From the NCBI RefSeq assembly GCF_963676685.1, contig NC_092348.1, positions 40,176,001 through 40,240,000 of the forward strand: DNA of 64,000 nt, read 5' to 3'. Each line of letters opens with the position of its first letter. Position 1 is the first letter of the stretch. Made by a program: the position numbers and the translations under genes. This document shows positions 60,406 through 64,000 of this stretch, one piece after another. Source of the stretch: Mytilus edulis. Taxonomy: Eukaryota. The notes beneath the pieces were generated by a model that saw nothing but the letters and a program-made list of their open reading frames with translations, searched no databases and had not been told where the DNA came from.

Positions 60406-62746
60406 TGTTGTTGTGGTATTTATTAACCCGACCATTGTAATGCCCTTTGGCGCAATCTAGGGGAGGCTCAATGTAGTAGGCCGGGACAACAATGGCAAAG
60501 AAAACCAAACTAAAATATCAAGAAATTCGCTATTTATATAGTATTTGAAACATCACAATAATTACGATATAATTTCACAGTACAAATTTAAAGTTAAAAT
60601 CAATTAAAACAATAATAAAATACTATAAACAATTCAAATTAAATATATTATAATAACAATAGTAATGACTATTTAATTAAACCTTTGATATTAAAATATT
60701 AGTTATTTATAAACTTGTTTTATTTTTCCAAAGTAAAATTAAAAGAAAAATAATTTAAATGAAAATTATTTCAGAACCAAGACACTCACCTAAAATATCA
60801 AGAAATTCGCTATTAACATTATAGCGGCTTGATAACTTTAGATACTAATTTGTGCGTGTCATGAGCCTTATCTATTATCTTAATCTGTCATTTCTAACCC
60901 TATTAAATAATAATGCCTAAATGTAGTTGACCATTGTCCATAGTTTATGACCTAATTTGTTAACCTTTATCAAACAAAATTAAGTAACATTTGTACTCTC
61001 AGAACGCCACTTAGAACAACGTGACATTTACTTGAAACAAAAGATTATTTGTTGTTTCTTATGTTCACAAATTGAACATGAAAGTTTGGCTTTAAAGTAT
61101 ATAGCAGTTAAACAATAATTGACTATAAAATATTTTTCACAGAAGATAATAATAGAATGGTAGAGGACAATGTTTAACATTGGAAAGAAACCACTAAAAC
61201 CAGGGAAGACACCATCCAATTATCACCAGGAAATCCAGTGCAATATTGAATCGGCATTCGATAATCTAGACCTTTTTACTAAACAACCAGACAACGTTGT
61301 CAGCTTCAAAGCCGATCATCCACCGTCGTATCCAGTTGATGATTGTGATAACGACACCACAATACCTTACGTCGAAGACCAGCCTTTCTTCCAATCATCG
61401 CCTATTCATTCAACCAAAAATTCCTTTCTTTCATCGTGGACAGGACAATCTACCCTGCCAACCAGTATAACTCCTTTAAGACCGTCAATGGTACACCGGC
61501 CATCCATTCCATCCACGTTGGCTAAAAGACCGGTACCTATTACCAATCAACTACAAACTCCACAACATTTTTCATCTCTTTATCCTAAGTTACCAATTTC
61601 AGCTACAGTTTTTACAACGACACCAATTGCTTCAACTGTGACTGCTACCACATCCACAATAGGATCATCAACCACAGTTCCAGCAACGACAGCTGCAGGT
61701 ACAGAAGCAGGAGCAGGATCAGGAACAGAAGCAGGAACAGGAACAGGAACAGGAGCAGAAGCAGGAACAGGAACAGGAGCAGGAGTAACAACAGCTGTGT
61801 CAACAACTTTCACAGGTAGGACAATACAACATCCTACGAATATTTATAACATGTCATCAATTTTGGAAATTGAAAAATTTAAAGTTGACAATACTCAAAA
61901 TCCGGAAACTTGGTTAATTGATTTTAATCAATATTGTAGCTTTTATGATTTGTCAAAGAAAAAGAGTGCAGAGTCATTTCCTTTTCATTTAGAAGGTCAT
62001 GCCAAAATTTGGTATGACACAGTAGCCGATTCAAAGAAACACCATTTTGTTTTTTTGATCGCTGCTTTCAGAGATCGTTTTAAAGATAAACAACATCTTT
62101 TAGACATAACAATTTTACAAACCCATCAAGGAAGAAATGAGTCTGTACTAGATTTCTTATCTGGATTGTTAAAATTAGCTACTAACAGAAATATATCTGA
62201 TGATATATTGCTAGCCGTAGCAATAAATGGTTTAAGGGCTGATTTAAAAACAATGGTAATGACTATTTAATTAAACCTTTGATATTAAAATATTAGTTAT
62301 TTATAAACTTGTTTTATTTTTCCAAAGTAAAATTAAAAGAAAAATAATTCAAATGAAAATTATTTCAGAACCAAGACACTCACCTAAAATATCAAGAAAT
62401 TCGCCATAAACATTATAGCGGCTTGATAACTTTATATACTAATTTGTGCGTGTCATGAGCCTTATCTATTATCTTATCTGTAATTTCTAACCCTATTAAA
62501 TAATAATGCCTAAATGTAGTTGACCATTGTCCATAGTTTATGACATAATTTGTTAACCTTTATCAAACAAAATTAAGTAACATTTGTACTATCAGAACGC
62601 CACTTAGAACAACGTGACATTTACTTGAAACACAAGATTATTTGTTGTTTCTTATGTTCACAAATTGAACATGAAAGTTTGGCTTTAAAGTATATAGCAG
62701 TTAAACAATAATTGACTATAAAATATTTTTCACAGAAGATTTTACA
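60406..62746 (+). mobile_element. Internally deleted LTR retrotransposon (Ty3/gypsy-like), gag only
   Basis: ~490-bp direct repeats 60655-61148 / 62249-62740; candidate TG…CA termini with TGTTT flanks; TGGTAG PBS-like sequence before the ORF; no pol. Confidence 0.6.
61170..62270 (+). CDS. Retrotransposon Gag-like protein (truncated at junction with the repeat)
   Basis: 366-aa ORF; C-terminal capsid-like motifs EKF..NPETWL.DF..YC, FPFHLEGHAKIWY, FRDRF, QGRNESVLDF, AINGLRADLK; Ser/Thr/Pro-rich N-terminal half with a GT/GA repeat. Confidence 0.75.
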   Translation: MFNIGKKPLKPGKTPSNYHQEIQCNIESAFDNLDLFTKQPDNVVSFKADHPPSYPVDDCDNDTTIPYVEDQPFFQSSPIHSTKNSFLSSWTGQSTLPTSITPLRPSMVHRPSIPSTLAKRPVPITNQLQTPQHFSSLYPKLPISATVFTTTPIASTVTATTSTIGSSTTVPATTAAGTEAGAGSGTEAGTGTGTGAEAGTGTGAGVTTAVSTTFTGRTIQHPTNIYNMSSILEIEKFKVDNTQNPETWLIDFNQYCSFYDLSKKKSAESFPFHLEGHAKIWYDTVADSKKHHFVFLIAAFRDRFKDKQHLLDITILQTHQGRNESVLDFLSGLLKLATNRNISDDILLAVAINGLRADLKTMVMTI

Positions 62747-62871
62747 TGTTTTAATTAGTAACTATATGAAATCAAATAAAGGACATTTTCCTATTACCAT
62801 ATTTAACCAAAATTTACTGCAAGGAATGTTTAACGACCTTGATGAATATCAATGAGGATCTCGCACTAAGT

Positions 62872-63147
62872 CAGCACTATGCTTTCACCTAGTCCATGAT
62901 CATAAAAGAATTGAGAAGCCTGTGGTTTACTAGTCTTATAATATAAGACTTTGGAGTTCATATCATTTACATTCAACGTTTTTTTTTTTATCGAATATAT
63001 CTTTTTTACTCTCAATGTTGAACCCCAACCCCCCCAAAAAAATAAAATAAAAGTATTCGATAAAAAAAAAACGATGAATGTAAATGATTTGAACTCCAAA
63101 GTCTTATATTATTGTATGATCATGAACTAAGTGAAAGCAGATTGCTG
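62872..63147. repeat. Foldback element / long inverted repeat
   Basis: Arms GCTTTCACCTAGTCCATGATCATA…ATAATATAAGACTTTGGAGTTCA…TCGAATA and their reverse complement at 63053-63147. Confidence 0.75.
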
Positions 63148-64000
63148 GTTGTAATCCACTTAGGTTTAATTCTGTTACATTTGTACCTCACAACATCATT
63201 TCATGGTATTTTTTTTTGTATATATTTTTATGTAAGGCCGTTGATTTTGTCAGCTGAGTCGTTTGTGGCCTACACGTTATGTTTTTTTCCTTCAATTGTT
63301 GAAAACAGTATGGTTGTTTATAGTGCTTGCTTACATCGACTTGATTTAACCAGTGGCAGATAGTTGTCTCATTGGAAGTCATACCACATCTTCTATTTTT
63401 TTTTATATTATATGGGTAGGGCAGCTATGCATTTGCATTATGCAGAGACAATATTCGTACGGCACTACGCTATAGGTAAACCCGTGTAGCAATACATTAT
63501 GAATAATCGCCGTGCATTACACTGAGTAAATTCTTATAAAATTTTATTAGGTAAATTTTTAAAGCATCGAACATGATGCATTCTCATGAGCTCGCCTTTG
63601 GTACTTTCTTCTATATCATTAATTTTACACCAGTTAATCAAAAGCATTACATTATATATATATTGCTAAAGCATTTCCCTATACACAATGTTATTGTATA
63701 ACAGTACTGGGTATGTTCCTGTCGTAATTGCACTAGGTAAGTCGATCTCAAAAGTATCATATTAGGTGTATGTTTTCATCTTGAATATGTATGAAATATT
63801 TGCGATGGGAAGTTATACCAACTACTCTGATCTTTTCTATTTTGTGAAAATGTATTAGGGAGTCCTTCTTTTTAACCTCATTATACGGCCTAAACAAATT
63901 CTGAAGATTAAATGAAATCAACACGTTTTAAAATTCAAGCGTCCGAAGCGCTTTTCTGGATTAACCTTGATATAGAACACTAATGGCTGAACATTTGAAA

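Noticed and set aside
61580-61813. Antisense ORF with PVPVPA repeats
   Set aside because: Mirror of the hexanucleotide repeat in gag.

Overview
AT-rich, intron-containing animal genomic DNA. The gene families and repeat types suggest a bivalve mollusc, probably Mytilus-like (inference). Host genes: (1) the 5' three coding exons of an HSPA12-type atypical Hsp70 (- strand, continuing off the left end); (2) two tandem Mab-21/cGAS-like receptor (cGLR) genes (- strand), each with an unrecognised 110-aa N-terminal exon, an intact GS..DxD..D nucleotidyltransferase core and a helical TPR-like tail that is broken by a different lesion in each copy; (3) a complete 5-exon secreted fibrinogen-domain (FReD) lectin (+); (4) a class I SAM methyltransferase (+) that appears to use two consecutive GC-AG introns. 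Much of the rest is transposon-derived: L1/Tx1 LINE fragments, Naiad-type Penelope-like elements (PLEs), hammerhead-ribozyme retrozymes, Helentron-type (HINE) repeats, Harbinger and other MITEs, tRNA-derived SINEs, a decayed DIRS element and a gag-only LTR element. The most striking signal is a Naiad reverse transcriptase inside a FReD intron. It has an in-frame UGA at a position that is normally Cys and a canonical type II SECIS hairpin in its 3' UTR, and a second, diverged Naiad family carries an equivalent SECIS with different paired bases. These look like selenoprotein-encoding retroelements; the first copy is inserted inside a hammerhead retrozyme.
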